Assembly (NCBI GenBank): GCA_002811645.1
Contig: PDIP01000030.1
Location: forward strand, 86,481-150,480
From: Corallochytrium limacisporum Hawaii
Lineage: Eukaryota > Protista > Pluriformea
DNA length: 64,000 nt
Direction of reading: 5' to 3'
Shown: positions 1 through 11,332 of the stretch, in pieces
How the letters are laid out: every line of letters starts with the position of its first letter
Numbering within the stretch: position 1 is the stretch's first letter
Notes under the pieces: model-generated
What the model was told of the DNA's origin: nothing
The model's input: the letters and a program-made list of their open reading frames with translations, nothing else
The model's database searches: none
Made by a program: the position numbers and the translations under genes

Positions 1-3000
1 AAGTCATCATCACGCCGTATCCCAAATTTTGAAATGCGGCGGCAAATCGGCGTTTCTCCAGTACCGGGTCGCTTTGTGTATGTAGGTCTTGGAGGGGGTG
101 GAAAAGATAAGCCGATCGAGGAAGTGCATGAATGTGTTGACAGATGTGTAGGCTTGACACAAGGAGTAAGATACATGACCAAAGATGGATTGTGAAACCC
201 ACCTCACATGGTTGAGATCGAACTTGAGACGATATACCTAGGTTGACCTGACAATGTCCGTACGCCACTTAATTTGGGCCTATAATTGTGATCGCCCAAT
301 GCAGAGTCTATGAAGCGCTGATCCTGCAAGGCCTTATCGCCTACGTGCTTGATGAATCCAGATCGTGCCGCGATCTGCTAAGGGGTTGTCTGGATGTGGA
401 CACTGGACCAATGTTTCGTTTGTGTCCCCGCTCATGATTATCAACTTTTCATATTGCTGCACCCAGTTCTTCGTGGCCATAGGTTCTGTATCGCTCCATT
501 TCAAGGAAATTCCATCAGGGATTCCATCCACATCGAAGAGTCCAGCAAGAGTTTCAAATTCTGTGATTTTCTTGCCAGCCCCAACTGCTCCCAAACCCAT
601 CTGGTCTCCCTGTACATTGTTCGTCTCTGCCCGATATCCGTCAAACTAGCTTACTGGAGTACCCGCCAACGACGATGTTCAACGGAAGAGTTCCAAGGTT
701 TCCGGGATGGAGAACTGTGCGAGGGACAGGTTTCCCTAACATCATTTCCCAACAACAACACAGGAATCACGCTATAGGCAGCACCATATTCCTCAACAGC
801 ATCCAACCCTGCGCTGGCAACGATGACCACAACAGCAAAAGAAGCTCAACATACGGCACGAATGGAGGGGAGACGATGGCAGCAGTGAGCCAGAGGGAAG
901 GAACAATAAGAAACTCTCGTGGTTTCGCTAAACCCCCTGTGTAACCCCCCCCCTGTTTTAATCTCCGCGAGGCGGGTCGTGTGCGTCTCTTGCTGACATC
1001 AGTTGGAATTTTGGAATTGTTGCTGTGCGCGTCCCAGGCGCGGACACCTGCAGTGGAACAGAAGAAAGGAGAGGGGAAGGTTTTGGGAGGGGGGGAAGGC
1101 AGCGGTTCGACTCGTGGTGCCTTTTGAAACAGGGAGAAAGGAGAACGAGTTGTCTCGCATGGATGGGGACCCGCACGGGCACCAGACCCCAAGGCCCAGA
1201 ATTCGGTGTCGATGGATGTCCTTTTCATGGGACAGTCGAGCGGTGTGAGACATATTCACAGGCACGGCCGCTCTTTGAATGCAACCACAGTCGTACTCAT
1301 GCATGTGGGTATTTTCTCCGGTACGCATGCTCTTTTTCTGGGTCTAGTCCTTGTGGGCATGTGCCAGGTTGAAAAGGATATCCAGGAAACCAGCTTGCGG
1401 CCTTGAGCAGGAACGTCTTTATTTGTTGATGGATGTTGGAGTATTAGTAGTATTGTGCGGAGTATACAGAATGCACCGAGTTGTTCAACAGTTTCAGTTT
1501 CAGTGTCCCCAATACGCGGGCACACGCACGACCCGACAAGCGCAGGACACACCGTGCGGACTCTACAGCCCTGTTGTCTATGACATACAACCGGCCGGGT
1601 GATAGATACCAACCCACTCACGGAAATCAAAAGAATTCTCCCAGTCTTCTTGTTTACTCTGGTGATGATGATGAGCATTCCTATGTGCGCTATTTTGTGT
1701 GGTATGTGGTCTGGGAGTGATCTGTAACTTGGAAGAGGGGGATGAAAGGGAAGAAACATGGTGGTGGAGGGGACGTATACACTAGTAATACACGGCCGCG
1801 CTACCAAGTCTCGCTTACACTTGAATACAAACCTCCGACTTTAGAGGTCAAACAGCCAGGTCCAAGCCCACGCAGGCAACTTCCTTTCCCTCGGGTAGTA
1901 CGGGGATACAAATATCTTCAGATCACGATGATGTTGTCCTCCTTTGTACGTATGTACTTTTCCACTCCGTGTGCGGGAGGTGTCCTGAAGTATTGCGAAG
2001 GGCGTCCTACAAACCGATGCCATCAATCGAAGTATCAATACAATTCCGACCAACAGCAGTGTACCGGCATGGTCCCATATCTGGAAGAATGGCCCACACC
2101 CACACTGTGGCTTTGAAAGACATCCCGCGGCAGTGCAATACCATGCTTGAGCACGGGTAGCACCCTCAACAACTTCCTCATCGATTGTACATATGTACTC
2201 TGACCTTGATATCAAGTCCATTCCCTGTACCTTGGTTTCGTAACCGGCAGAGGAATCGCTGGGTACTGTCACTCTGCATGTCGGTGGCTCTCCATCTGGA
2301 ATGCTGGTGACGCCTGATCACTCAATACAAAGTGCAAACGGACGATCGATCGCTGTCGTCGCTTTTGCTTGAGCCGTCGGGGCCAAGTGTCTCAGCCTGA
2401 TCTGCTCCGGCCTTTGAATGACAAGTCGTTGTCTTCTGTACCTACTCCGCACTCCTATTTCCATCCAAAGGCGATTTCTTTCCTACGACTCTCTTTGTTC
2501 CAAAAATTGCGTAATTTGGTCAGTGAGTGGTGCAAGTTCGATGACCGGGTCGTGTGTATGTAAGCCCAGTCCGAAGCAGGCAGGATATCCCATCGGCCTT
2601 CTCACATCTATGACTCTTCTGCATGCCTATGACTGCGACAGTAGACGATTTAGTGTGCTCCTCTGCACACATATACAATCCAGATGCTTCATGCTTAAGA
2701 GCACTAAGCGAAGGAGGATTGGGAAGCACTGTGGATGAAAATTGCTCTCCCCGCGTGTAATTTCAGACCCGTTGGAACCCTCGATATGATTTGTCGTATT
2801 GACTGACGTACAGATTTTGTTTGTCTTTACTTACTATGACAATGTACCGGAATTGACATGATGAATCTTGGAAGGTATTCTCTCGGTTTGGTTGATTCGT
2901 GAAATAACAGCCCGGCCTGGTGATTTTTCGCGAGTACTGAACATACTGGACACTGCACTAATGCTGTATGTATGGAGGACAGTCAAGCACCGCCACTGAA

Positions 3001-4020
3001 ATATTGATCATGTCGGACGAGAGTCCCTGTGCGCAACAGAGAACGTGTTGAAAATAGATCCCGAAACGTCGCGTTGAGTACGGTGATTTCAGACCGTCAT
3101 ATCGCTCCAATAATGAATGTATCACAGCAGTATCAAGCGTCAGCAATCCACTACAGAAGGCTATCGACCACCACACGTTCGATACAAACATGCAGAGTTG
3201 ACCAACTTAACTCTCTGCACGCAAATGCTTCACCTCAAAGATTTAAACTATCTGAACCATTTTGTGGCTGCCACAGGTTAACTACGAAAACAGCCAGTGT
3301 TGACGCACCCAAATCGTGCAAAGCGCCGTTCTGCAAAGGAAACAAACCGCCGCACCGGGTGTTCGGACACCCCCAGGTGTGTGTGTCGCCTCTGTGTTGT
3401 TTTCATAGACCGGCTCTGTTAATGCTTGTCCATTGTCCTAAGTGTGTACGGAAACCTCCACGTCTCCCCTCTGCGGCGGCGGTAAAGGGGCGGTTGGTAT
3501 TGGGGACAGCTCTACTACAGCAAATCGCCGGCTGATCGAGAACGCCATACATTCTACTGCACTGAGCACCGCCGTACACAAAAACAAGGGGTTCAGCGAA
3601 CAAAGTACAAGAACACGGTGGTGGGCGGTGGTAGAACTGAAATTCCCCTGAATCCCGTATCCATATATTCAGTACCGCACCACCGTACATAGATTTGTGG
3701 CCGCACCGCCCCGCCTCTACCAATTTCAATGCTTGTTTAGCGGGCACTTCCCTCAGTGTGATAGAAATGTGAAAAAGTGAATGCCGCAGCTCCCGCAAAA
3801 CCAACCAGCGCACTTTCACTATCAAAGTATTGGCCTCACTCTTCCATGTTGAACTTCGCTCCCCACGATGAGCAGAAACCCTTCCATGAATCCCCCTAAT
3901 CTGTTGCATTTCATAGTAAAAGTAGGGACTCTATGATCCCAGGATGATGATATTATTACCGACCAAGATAGCGAAGGGTGAAGAAAAAATTATGAAAGAA
4001 TTTTTTTCATATTCCACTCA

Positions 4021-4055
4021 GGGGGACGGGGAGGGTGAGTGGGAGGGGGGGGGGG
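4021..4055 (+). other. Potential G-quadruplex motif
   Basis: G5-ac-G4-a-G3-tgagt-G3-a-G11. Confidence 0.55.
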
Positions 4056-5344
4056 TTGTGTGGAATACTGTAAAGCAAACATGTGAAAAGAACGACACAC
4101 AACTGCGGACAGAAAGGCGAGGAACTTACTATTCGTCGAGCGACGACAGCCCTCCCCCCTCCTTCTGCTCTTCAGAGGGGTTCCACGGAGTGGGTAGCAT
4201 CGGTAGTGCATCGGTAGTACATACATTTAGTATAAGAAGAAAAGGAACAGTACCTCAGAAAGTGTCAAATGGCATGACCCGTTTTGGCACCTGGGGGCAC
4301 TCGGTCGGCAAACTGAGAGGGCACGTCGGTGTGTGCTGACTTAGGCTCAAGTGACGATTGATGGGCATGGATACCTCTGCTTGGTCAGATCTGCGTCATT
4401 GGTATCCACAATGTACTTGGATTTGTCGATCAGAGCGCGCAATCCGTTTCCCGACAGAGCAGAACCTCCGCGGGTGAACGTTTGGGCGAGGATAGTACCG
4501 GCACTGGAAACATCGCTGCATTTCAGTACTGATCCCGCCTGGGCACCCAATGGAGTTCAGGGCCTCTCAATTCCAGCGAATGAGAGCACAGCCAAAAGGG
4601 TCGTCTGCATTACAGACTATCGATATTAAGTGCGATCTGCCCTAAAACTTACTTGCCAAATTTATTAGTGTTTGGTCCCCAATTTGAATATCCAAAAACG
4701 CGTGCCCATTCACCGGACTGGCGGATAGTTTTCCTTTTTCTCGGTCCGTGCACACCCGCGAGTTATGTCGTTGGGGTGGGGTGGGGCATTGCTGGCTGTT
4801 TTTTTTTTTCCGTCCCGCAACTTGCTGTAGTCGTCGTTGTCGTATCTGCTAGCATTCTCCGGCACTCTTGTCCTCCAATTGGTACACTTACTATGGCTTC
4901 TCTCACTGGGTCCGGCAGAGGCTCTGTGCGGTTCCTCTATGTGCTGTTGTGTTCTATAGATTGGCATGGAATCGTTCGAGTCTACGGACGACCTCCAGCA
5001 AACGGCAAAACACTTGCGGTATGAGTTTAAGGCTGTGCTGTGCCGTTGGTTTCGCGGCAGATGAATGTGTCGTTTGTGGATGTTGGTTCCGTGGCACATT
5101 GGCATCCTTTCGAAACCGTGCGAAGTACCTGCCATTTGGTACCTGCGTGGCAGGTCACAGGCGTTGCTATCCCAGTTAATGACTTCCTTTATTTGGAAAC
5201 TGATATGTAGCAATCAAGTTCTTGCATCCCAGGAAGTACCGCTATTTCAGAGGTGACGGTTGTCGCAGTATCTTCACCGGCGTGTCTGTCCAATGTCGAA
5301 AACATTTATCCGCGGACAATACGTGTACTACAACACAAAGCAGC

Positions 5345-5998
5345 ATGGTTTCTCTTGATGTTCTCATGGAGCCCAAGGGCGCCATCAAGATCCTCGAGTT
5401 CGTAAGTCTTTCTTGACGAAGGTGCTTTTATTGGTGCGTCAACTTTTCGGTGCAGTGCATACTAACCTTGAGTATTCTTCTCTCCTAATTTTGGGGGTTC
5501 TCTTTTTGTTTCGTACAGCTACTCAACCTTATCGCTTGGTCAGTTCTGGCCTCGAGTAGTCCAGCTTGGGAGAGCCGCGGCAATATCAATAAGGATAACT
5601 ACGAGGGATCCGTCCAGTACCTTATGGCGATGCTCATCATTGGCTGGATCATGTCTATGGCTCTGGTAGGCGTCTATGCGATTGCTGACGATGCTTGGAC
5701 CGCAAACACGCAGGCTAAGTTCGGCACGTTTGATTTTGCCGGCACTGCTCTGTACTCTCTCCTGCTCTTCCTTGCCTCTGCCATCTGGGTCGGAATCGGT
5801 GACAACATTGACATTGTGGTGTTTGACAGCATCTTCAGCTCCAACTTTCCAGACAATGAAAAGAATCGCGCCGTCGCTGGATTTTCTTTCATGGCCTGGT
5901 TCATCTGGACTGTTAACTTGTGGTTCCTATACAAGGACACTAACATGCACAAGGGCAAAGCTTCTTCTGGGGGCAATGCTGCACCCTCCGGCGTCTAA
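5345..5998 (+). CDS. Synaptophysin/synaptoporin-like MARVEL-domain membrane protein; 2 exons (5345-5401, 5519-5998), about 178 aa
   Basis: Spliced product MVSLDVLMEPKGAIKILEF|LLNLIAWSVL...FIWTVNLWFLYKDT has four hydrophobic segments. EPKGAIKILEF and WTVNLWFLYKDT resemble synaptophysin EPLGFVKVLQW and WVGNLWFVFKET. Exon 2 is open and in frame with ORF 5624-5998. Confidence 0.85.
5402..5518 (+). other. Spliceosomal GT-AG intron, 117 nt, phase 0
   Basis: Donor GTAAGT at 5402, branch point TACTAAC at 5460-5466, pyrimidine tract, acceptor TACAG ending 5518. Removing it joins two open frames. Confidence 0.92.
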
Positions 5999-6152
5999 GC
6001 ACGCAAGAAAGCGAACTTCTCAGTTAAATTCTACATATAGACTTATCACTGCGGACCTCGTCACACTCAGATCGTTGCGAATCACGCAACTGGGTACACT
6101 TCTCTCAATCACGGCTACACGTTTGCTACATTTTTATATTACTGTAACGTTG

Positions 6153-6434
6153 TTACATTGTACTGAGGTACTCGCGAATGTCATGCACAAGGGATGCACG
6201 GATGTCGTCGGGAACCGACGCCCGGGCTTTCGGTGTCAGTTCCGCGACGAGCTGTTCCAGGGTAATTTGTTCTGTATCTTTTTGCTTTAGGGAAACGATA
6301 CAGTCCTGTTTGAGTCGGTCACGCCAACCTGACTCAACAAGCCGCTTGCGCAACTTTTCCTTAAGTCTTTCCTTCTCACCGCTCTGTTCAAGTTTGTGCA
6401 TGATCTGCTCCTTACTGAACCCCTCCCTATCCAT
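6153..6434 (-). CDS. ENY2: Transcription and mRNA export factor ENY2/Sus1 (SAGA DUB module, TREX-2)
   Basis: 93 aa; SGEKERLKEKLRKRLVESGWRD and ELTPKARASVPD motifs. Confidence 0.95.
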   Translation of the reverse strand: MDREGFSKEQIMHKLEQSGEKERLKEKLRKRLVESGWRDRLKQDCIVSLKQKDTEQITLEQLVAELTPKARASVPDDIRASLVHDIREYLSTM

Positions 6435-7298
6435 GTTTCTTGTTGCGGTTTACCTCAGCAAACTAAGCCAATCATATAGTCTTCAGTTCCAAATACGACA
6501 ATACACCCTGTTAACTTGAGCCTTGAAAGAACACACCCTAGTATGGTTCAGATTGCGTTGCTTACACATAATTAAGTCATGGTTTGGCATGGAGAGAACC
6601 CAGTTGGTTAAACCTCACTTGCTGGTACTTCTCAACTACCAAAACAGAACAGCAATATTCTACACGAGGGCGATCGGTACAAATCCAATTTTGGGTACGG
6701 GATGCGACACTTCTCATGCATTTGACTCGAAGTGTAAGAATGGCCTCAAAAGACAGAAGCACGGTACTCACGTCCATCTACCGAAACTAGAGACTGTTGC
6801 TGTGCCCCGGGGAGTTTGCAATAGCGCAGCAAGCGCAAACGGGGCATCGGCCAGTTCGCGCCCCTCCCACCTGCTGTCGTTGCTCCGACAAAACAGTGGG
6901 ACTGCCAGTTTGAGGCGAACTGCCAATGCATACCCAAGGAAGGCACCATCGAATGTACTGGGGGACCACTTCGTTTTCAAATGCCCGCCCGAGGCCGAGA
7001 CCCCTGGATCAGACACCCAACCCAAGCCCAGCCCATCACTTCCGCCCTGGCCCGCTGGCAGTTGGGCGAGGCGCACAAATAGGCCCCGAATTGGTGCTCA
7101 GTAGCAGTCGGGTCGAAAAAATGCTTTTGCGGAGCAAAGCCCCCACCCTCTCGCTTCCCTCCCTGCCCCCGTTTTCTTTCGTTGGGTTCTTGCATCACCC
7201 CGTCCCTATCTCTCACTCTCTCCCGCGGTCTCCCCCTCTTTCCTCGTCCCCCGTGTACGGCGCCGCTCACTCTCCACAGCCCTCCCGAGGCTCGGAGG

Positions 7299-7520
7299 NN
7301 NNNNNNNNNNNNNNNNNNNNNNNNNNNNNNNNNNNNNNNNNNNNNNNNNNNNNNNNNNNNNNNNNNNNNNNNNNNNNNNNNNNNNNNNNNNNNNNNNNNN
7401 NNNNNNNNNNNNNNNNNNNNNNNNNNNNNNNNNNNNNNNNNNNNNNNNNNNNNNNNNNNNNNNNNNNNNNNNNNNNNNNNNNNNNNNNNNNNNNNNNNNN
7501 NNNNNNNNNNNNNNNNNNNN
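7299..7520. other. Assembly gap (222 N)
   Basis: Run of N, flanked by a GC hairpin (cctcccgaggctcggagg) and by ggggtggggt. Confidence 1.
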
Positions 7521-8478
7521 GGGGTGGGGTGTCTCTCTCCCTTTTCGGATGGGATCCCAACTCCGTTTTTACCTCTAAAACTCGTTCTCGTCTTTGTTTC
7601 TTCCGGTCTCTTGTTCTTCTCGTTTTCCCAGTTTTCGCTGTTTGGTTTCTGCCTCGTCGTTCTTTCTTCACTCACACACCTCAATCCCCCACACTCGCCA
7701 TTGAAATTCAACGGCCGGGATCGCCAGGGCCTCCGAGCATTCCCTTTCGGTTCTTCTTGACGGCTCGATTGGGGAATATGGGAAAATGCGATAAGAACGT
7801 TGGATGGGTTTCCCCGCCGCCGTTCCGTTGCGGTCGGTGGGAGCAGCTTCCATACTTTTTGTACAGCACTTCAGGTGAGTCCGAGGCAGCCTTGCAACAC
7901 GGCTGTGCACTATCTGCGACCGTTGCCGTGCCTGCGCCCTTCCGCCGCCTCCCTCCTCGGCGGTGTTCATCATCGATCTATTTCCCAGCCCAGGCACCAG
8001 TACGGTTGCCCTGCGTCGGTTGAATATGTACCGGGCGGGTTGCAGTCGGTTTGCGCCAACCCGAAACGTCGGGGAGGGTGGGTTTTGACTGAGCAAGCCA
8101 AAATAAAAAGTTTTGAGATGTGTGATACACGGGGGCGCAAGTGTGAAGCGTAACTTCCTATTCTTCGTTTGGGCAACTCTGATGCCTTATGAGTTCTACT
8201 TTGTTGTACTTTTTCAGTCGTGTTCGTCTTTTGCATTTTCTTCAACAGACGTCAGCGTCCAGTTACCATGGACCCCAACGTAGGTACTTGGAACTTTACG
8301 AAGACGGCGTCAGATGGAAATTGATCCTTTCAGTCAACGTTCAATGTGAACATGCGAACGAGGTTTTATTATTGCGGAGACACAAATATGACAAATCTTA
8401 ATTTTTAGGACGACCTCAGTCTCAGAATAACGTCTGATTTAGGGCTCAGGACGAAGACGACGTCCAATCTTGGCAGCT

Positions 8479-11229
8479 ATGGATGGGCAAGAAAGCGGCG
8501 ATAGCCGAGGCAGGCTCCTCGAGCAACAGCCGCAGGAAAATCAGACGGGTCCACAACAGCTTGGCAGACAGCGATCTTTGAGGCATACATCGGATACAGT
8601 GGCGCGTAGGGGAACTCCTCCATCTACAGACTCTCCACAAATGCTGCGTCGACAAGAGTCAGCTTTGTCCATGGGACGGTTACCCCGACAAGAGTCAGCG
8701 AGATCGGTAAGATCGGTATTAACAGGCGAGATGCCAACAGATGAGTTCAAGGCCACCCAGAAGCACCCTCGGTCACGGAAGATGTCACACAGTACAAACG
8801 CGCCGATAAGGCAGAGCCCATCCGCACACAGTCCAGCAACACTTCAAGTCGGTACAGACAAGGTTCCATCAGCGCTCCGAAAGGATTCCCACCCGCGTCT
8901 GGAAAGGGGGAACCGAAATGTCAGCTTTGCGGATGCTCAACGGTACTCAACAGATGAGGAGACAGCACTGGGTGCCATGACCGCACATCGTCCAGCTTCA
9001 ATCGGGAGGCATCAGGAAGCACACAAGGCTATGAATCGGGTTGCAGGCAGCCCACCGCCTACGACATCTCGAAAGCTCAAATCAGGCTTCACGCTAGGTC
9101 CACCATCAAACGCTTCCAGCAGTAAAACGAACAAACAGGCGCTTCCCGGACCATCGGGTTTCAGCCTAGGACCACCCTCGGAGGGCGACGAATCAGAGTC
9201 GGTGAGTACCATGGCCGATGAATCATACGAAAGTGAGAGCTACATGAGTGACTCCTTTAGCGTTGCTTCCATGGAAGAAGAGGAGGTCACTCTGCACATT
9301 CGAGGAGACGAGAACGCAACTGTGGGTCCGCAGACAATTGAACGTGTGGCAACCGAATTGAAGCTGAATGAAAAGCAAGTAAAGGAGCTGCCGCGGGTCA
9401 TGACTGTAACAAAGCTCAAGAAGTGGCTCGAGAACCTGCCCACAACCGAGGAAGGTGGTCCGAGTCGACGCGTGAATATTGAAAGGATCGATGCTGCTGG
9501 CATCGAGACGAACACCCCAAAGATTTCGCAGGCCGAAACTGGTGGTGATGGCGTAGAGCTGAAGGTCTTGGGAGCGACCGACAACGGAGGTATCGAAAAT
9601 GAGAATGTGATTGAACGCATTGAGGTGAACCGCGAGTACCGCCCGCACACGCGTCATCCGGCCGTGTACCACCACAGACGCCACCATCGCAACCGCTTTC
9701 GTGAACCGCACTTCCGTGCCGAGGATGAAGAAGGTGAACGCCAGGCCACCTGGCTGGAGCTCTTCTTCGATGTCTTCTTTGTGACTGTAATGGCTGCGTT
9801 GACGCATTTTGATACGATCGACTTTAAGGACATTGGCTACTTTGTGTTCCAGTATACACCTGTATGGTGGGCATGGCTTAAGTCGACTCTCTACGCCACG
9901 CGTTTCGATACTGATGACATCGTGTACCGAACCGGTATCTTTGTGCAGATGATTGCGCTGGCTTCCATTACCATTAGTATCGAGATTCACGGACCAATCG
10001 CTGGTGGCACGGCGAATCGCTACACCTTTGGCCTGATGTTGTTCAACGCGGTGATCATCATGAACTACATTCTTGTTTACGTTTACAGTGTTAGCGGTCG
10101 CAAGACAGCTGCCTGGTATATTGGTGCTCACTCCCTGGCCATTTTGATCTGGGGTACGAGTATTATCGGTGACGTCGAAGCTGTACGCATCACTTTAGTC
10201 ACGTTTGGTGTAGTCTTGGAAGTGCTGGTATACTTTGTCATCAAGCGCGGTCGCAGCATGCCCTTCTCTGTATCCTACTTGCCTGAACGTTTCGGTTTGT
10301 TCACTATTATTGTCTTGGCCGAGTATATAATTGGAATTTTTGACGAGGCGAATGATGTCGTCGGCCTGCCATTTGACCTGGCAGTAATTTGTGTACTGAG
10401 TCTAATTGTGGGGTTCAGCCTCTGGTGGATCTATTTCGACGACCTTAATGGTGCTGTGCTGAGGGAGAACAACTACCTGCCGCAGCTGTGGCTGTATGTA
10501 CACTGGCCCCTTCACATGAGCTATGCCCTCCTTTCTGGTGTAACCCGTGTAGTGATCCAGGATGTTGCGGAAGGCCGCACTGATTCAAATGTCTATGCTT
10601 TCTTCCTCGGAGCGGCCGCTCTGGTTATGGTTACCAACGGCCTCATCAAAATGGTCGCCGAACGCAATAATGCAGATAGCGTCTACACGCGCATGCTGTG
10701 GTATAGCCGGTTCACCATTGCTATCATCTTCTTACTGCTTGAATTGGTGGTGGATGGTTTTACTGCAGCCAAACTATTCATCATGACCGCTGCGTTAATG
10801 TCCCTACAGGTCGCCATTGATCTTTACTTCCAGTACTTCCGCCACATGCTCATTGCATATCGCCAAGCCGAGGAGCAGCAGAGGCTGTTTGAACAGTCCG
10901 AAATGGAGAAACAAGCGCTTCTTGATCACTTTCACCACGGTGACCATGGTGCTGCGGGGGCGACTCCACAGCTGCATCCAATCACGCCTGTGGCAAGTGT
11001 TGGGTCACGTCTAACTGATACTGATGCAGTACGGCATCGCAAGCCATCGATGCTGAACATTGCGGCCATGAATGATGCTTACATTGCTACCAGTCCTCGC
11101 GGAGCCCCACGCGGAAACCTGCAACGCAACTTGACCACTGGTGTGGGTCTGTCCATGTTCTCACAGCTCGCTTCCCAGTACCAAGAGAATGCCATGGCCC
11201 GGCGTGACTCTCCTAGGCATTTTAGCTGA
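8479..11229 (+). CDS. LtrA (low temperature requirement A) family multi-pass membrane protein with long low-complexity N-terminal extension
   Basis: ATWLELFFDVFFV, WWAW...YATRFDTDD, ERFGLFTIIVLAE and LWWIYF are LtrA-family signatures; about 10-12 hydrophobic segments. First ATG at 8479. Confidence 0.88.
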   Translation: MDGQESGDSRGRLLEQQPQENQTGPQQLGRQRSLRHTSDTVARRGTPPSTDSPQMLRRQESALSMGRLPRQESARSVRSVLTGEMPTDEFKATQKHPRSRKMSHSTNAPIRQSPSAHSPATLQVGTDKVPSALRKDSHPRLERGNRNVSFADAQRYSTDEETALGAMTAHRPASIGRHQEAHKAMNRVAGSPPPTTSRKLKSGFTLGPPSNASSSKTNKQALPGPSGFSLGPPSEGDESESVSTMADESYESESYMSDSFSVASMEEEEVTLHIRGDENATVGPQTIERVATELKLNEKQVKELPRVMTVTKLKKWLENLPTTEEGGPSRRVNIERIDAAGIETNTPKISQAETGGDGVELKVLGATDNGGIENENVIERIEVNREYRPHTRHPAVYHHRRHHRNRFREPHFRAEDEEGERQATWLELFFDVFFVTVMAALTHFDTIDFKDIGYFVFQYTPVWWAWLKSTLYATRFDTDDIVYRTGIFVQMIALASITISIEIHGPIAGGTANRYTFGLMLFNAVIIMNYILVYVYSVSGRKTAAWYIGAHSLAILIWGTSIIGDVEAVRITLVTFGVVLEVLVYFVIKRGRSMPFSVSYLPERFGLFTIIVLAEYIIGIFDEANDVVGLPFDLAVICVLSLIVGFSLWWIYFDDLNGAVLRENNYLPQLWLYVHWPLHMSYALLSGVTRVVIQDVAEGRTDSNVYAFFLGAAALVMVTNGLIKMVAERNNADSVYTRMLWYSRFTIAIIFLLLELVVDGFTAAKLFIMTAALMSLQVAIDLYFQYFRHMLIAYRQAEEQQRLFEQSEMEKQALLDHFHHGDHGAAGATPQLHPITPVASVGSRLTDTDAVRHRKPSMLNIAAMNDAYIATSPRGAPRGNLQRNLTTGVGLSMFSQLASQYQENAMARRDSPRHFS

Positions 11230-11332
11230 ACGAAATGTCATGAAGCCACAACATTGTTGGTTATCAGTAGTGATATCCTATCTTTATGATCCAATACAGA
11301 ATACACAATTTACTTCTTTGCGGAGATATAAG

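Noticed and set aside
3403-3909. Minus-strand ORF with SAHRG...ANTL resembling a glycerophosphodiester phosphodiesterase start
   Set aside because: Lacks the ENT glutamate and the downstream ExD motif; the rest is not GDPD-like.
6926-8023. Long ORFs spanning the N gap
   Set aside because: Artefacts of translating through N; the flanks are low-complexity promoter-like DNA.
9223-10131. Long antisense ORFs inside real genes (also 57216-57941 and 59531-60088)
   Set aside because: Shadow frames produced by codon bias of the sense gene.
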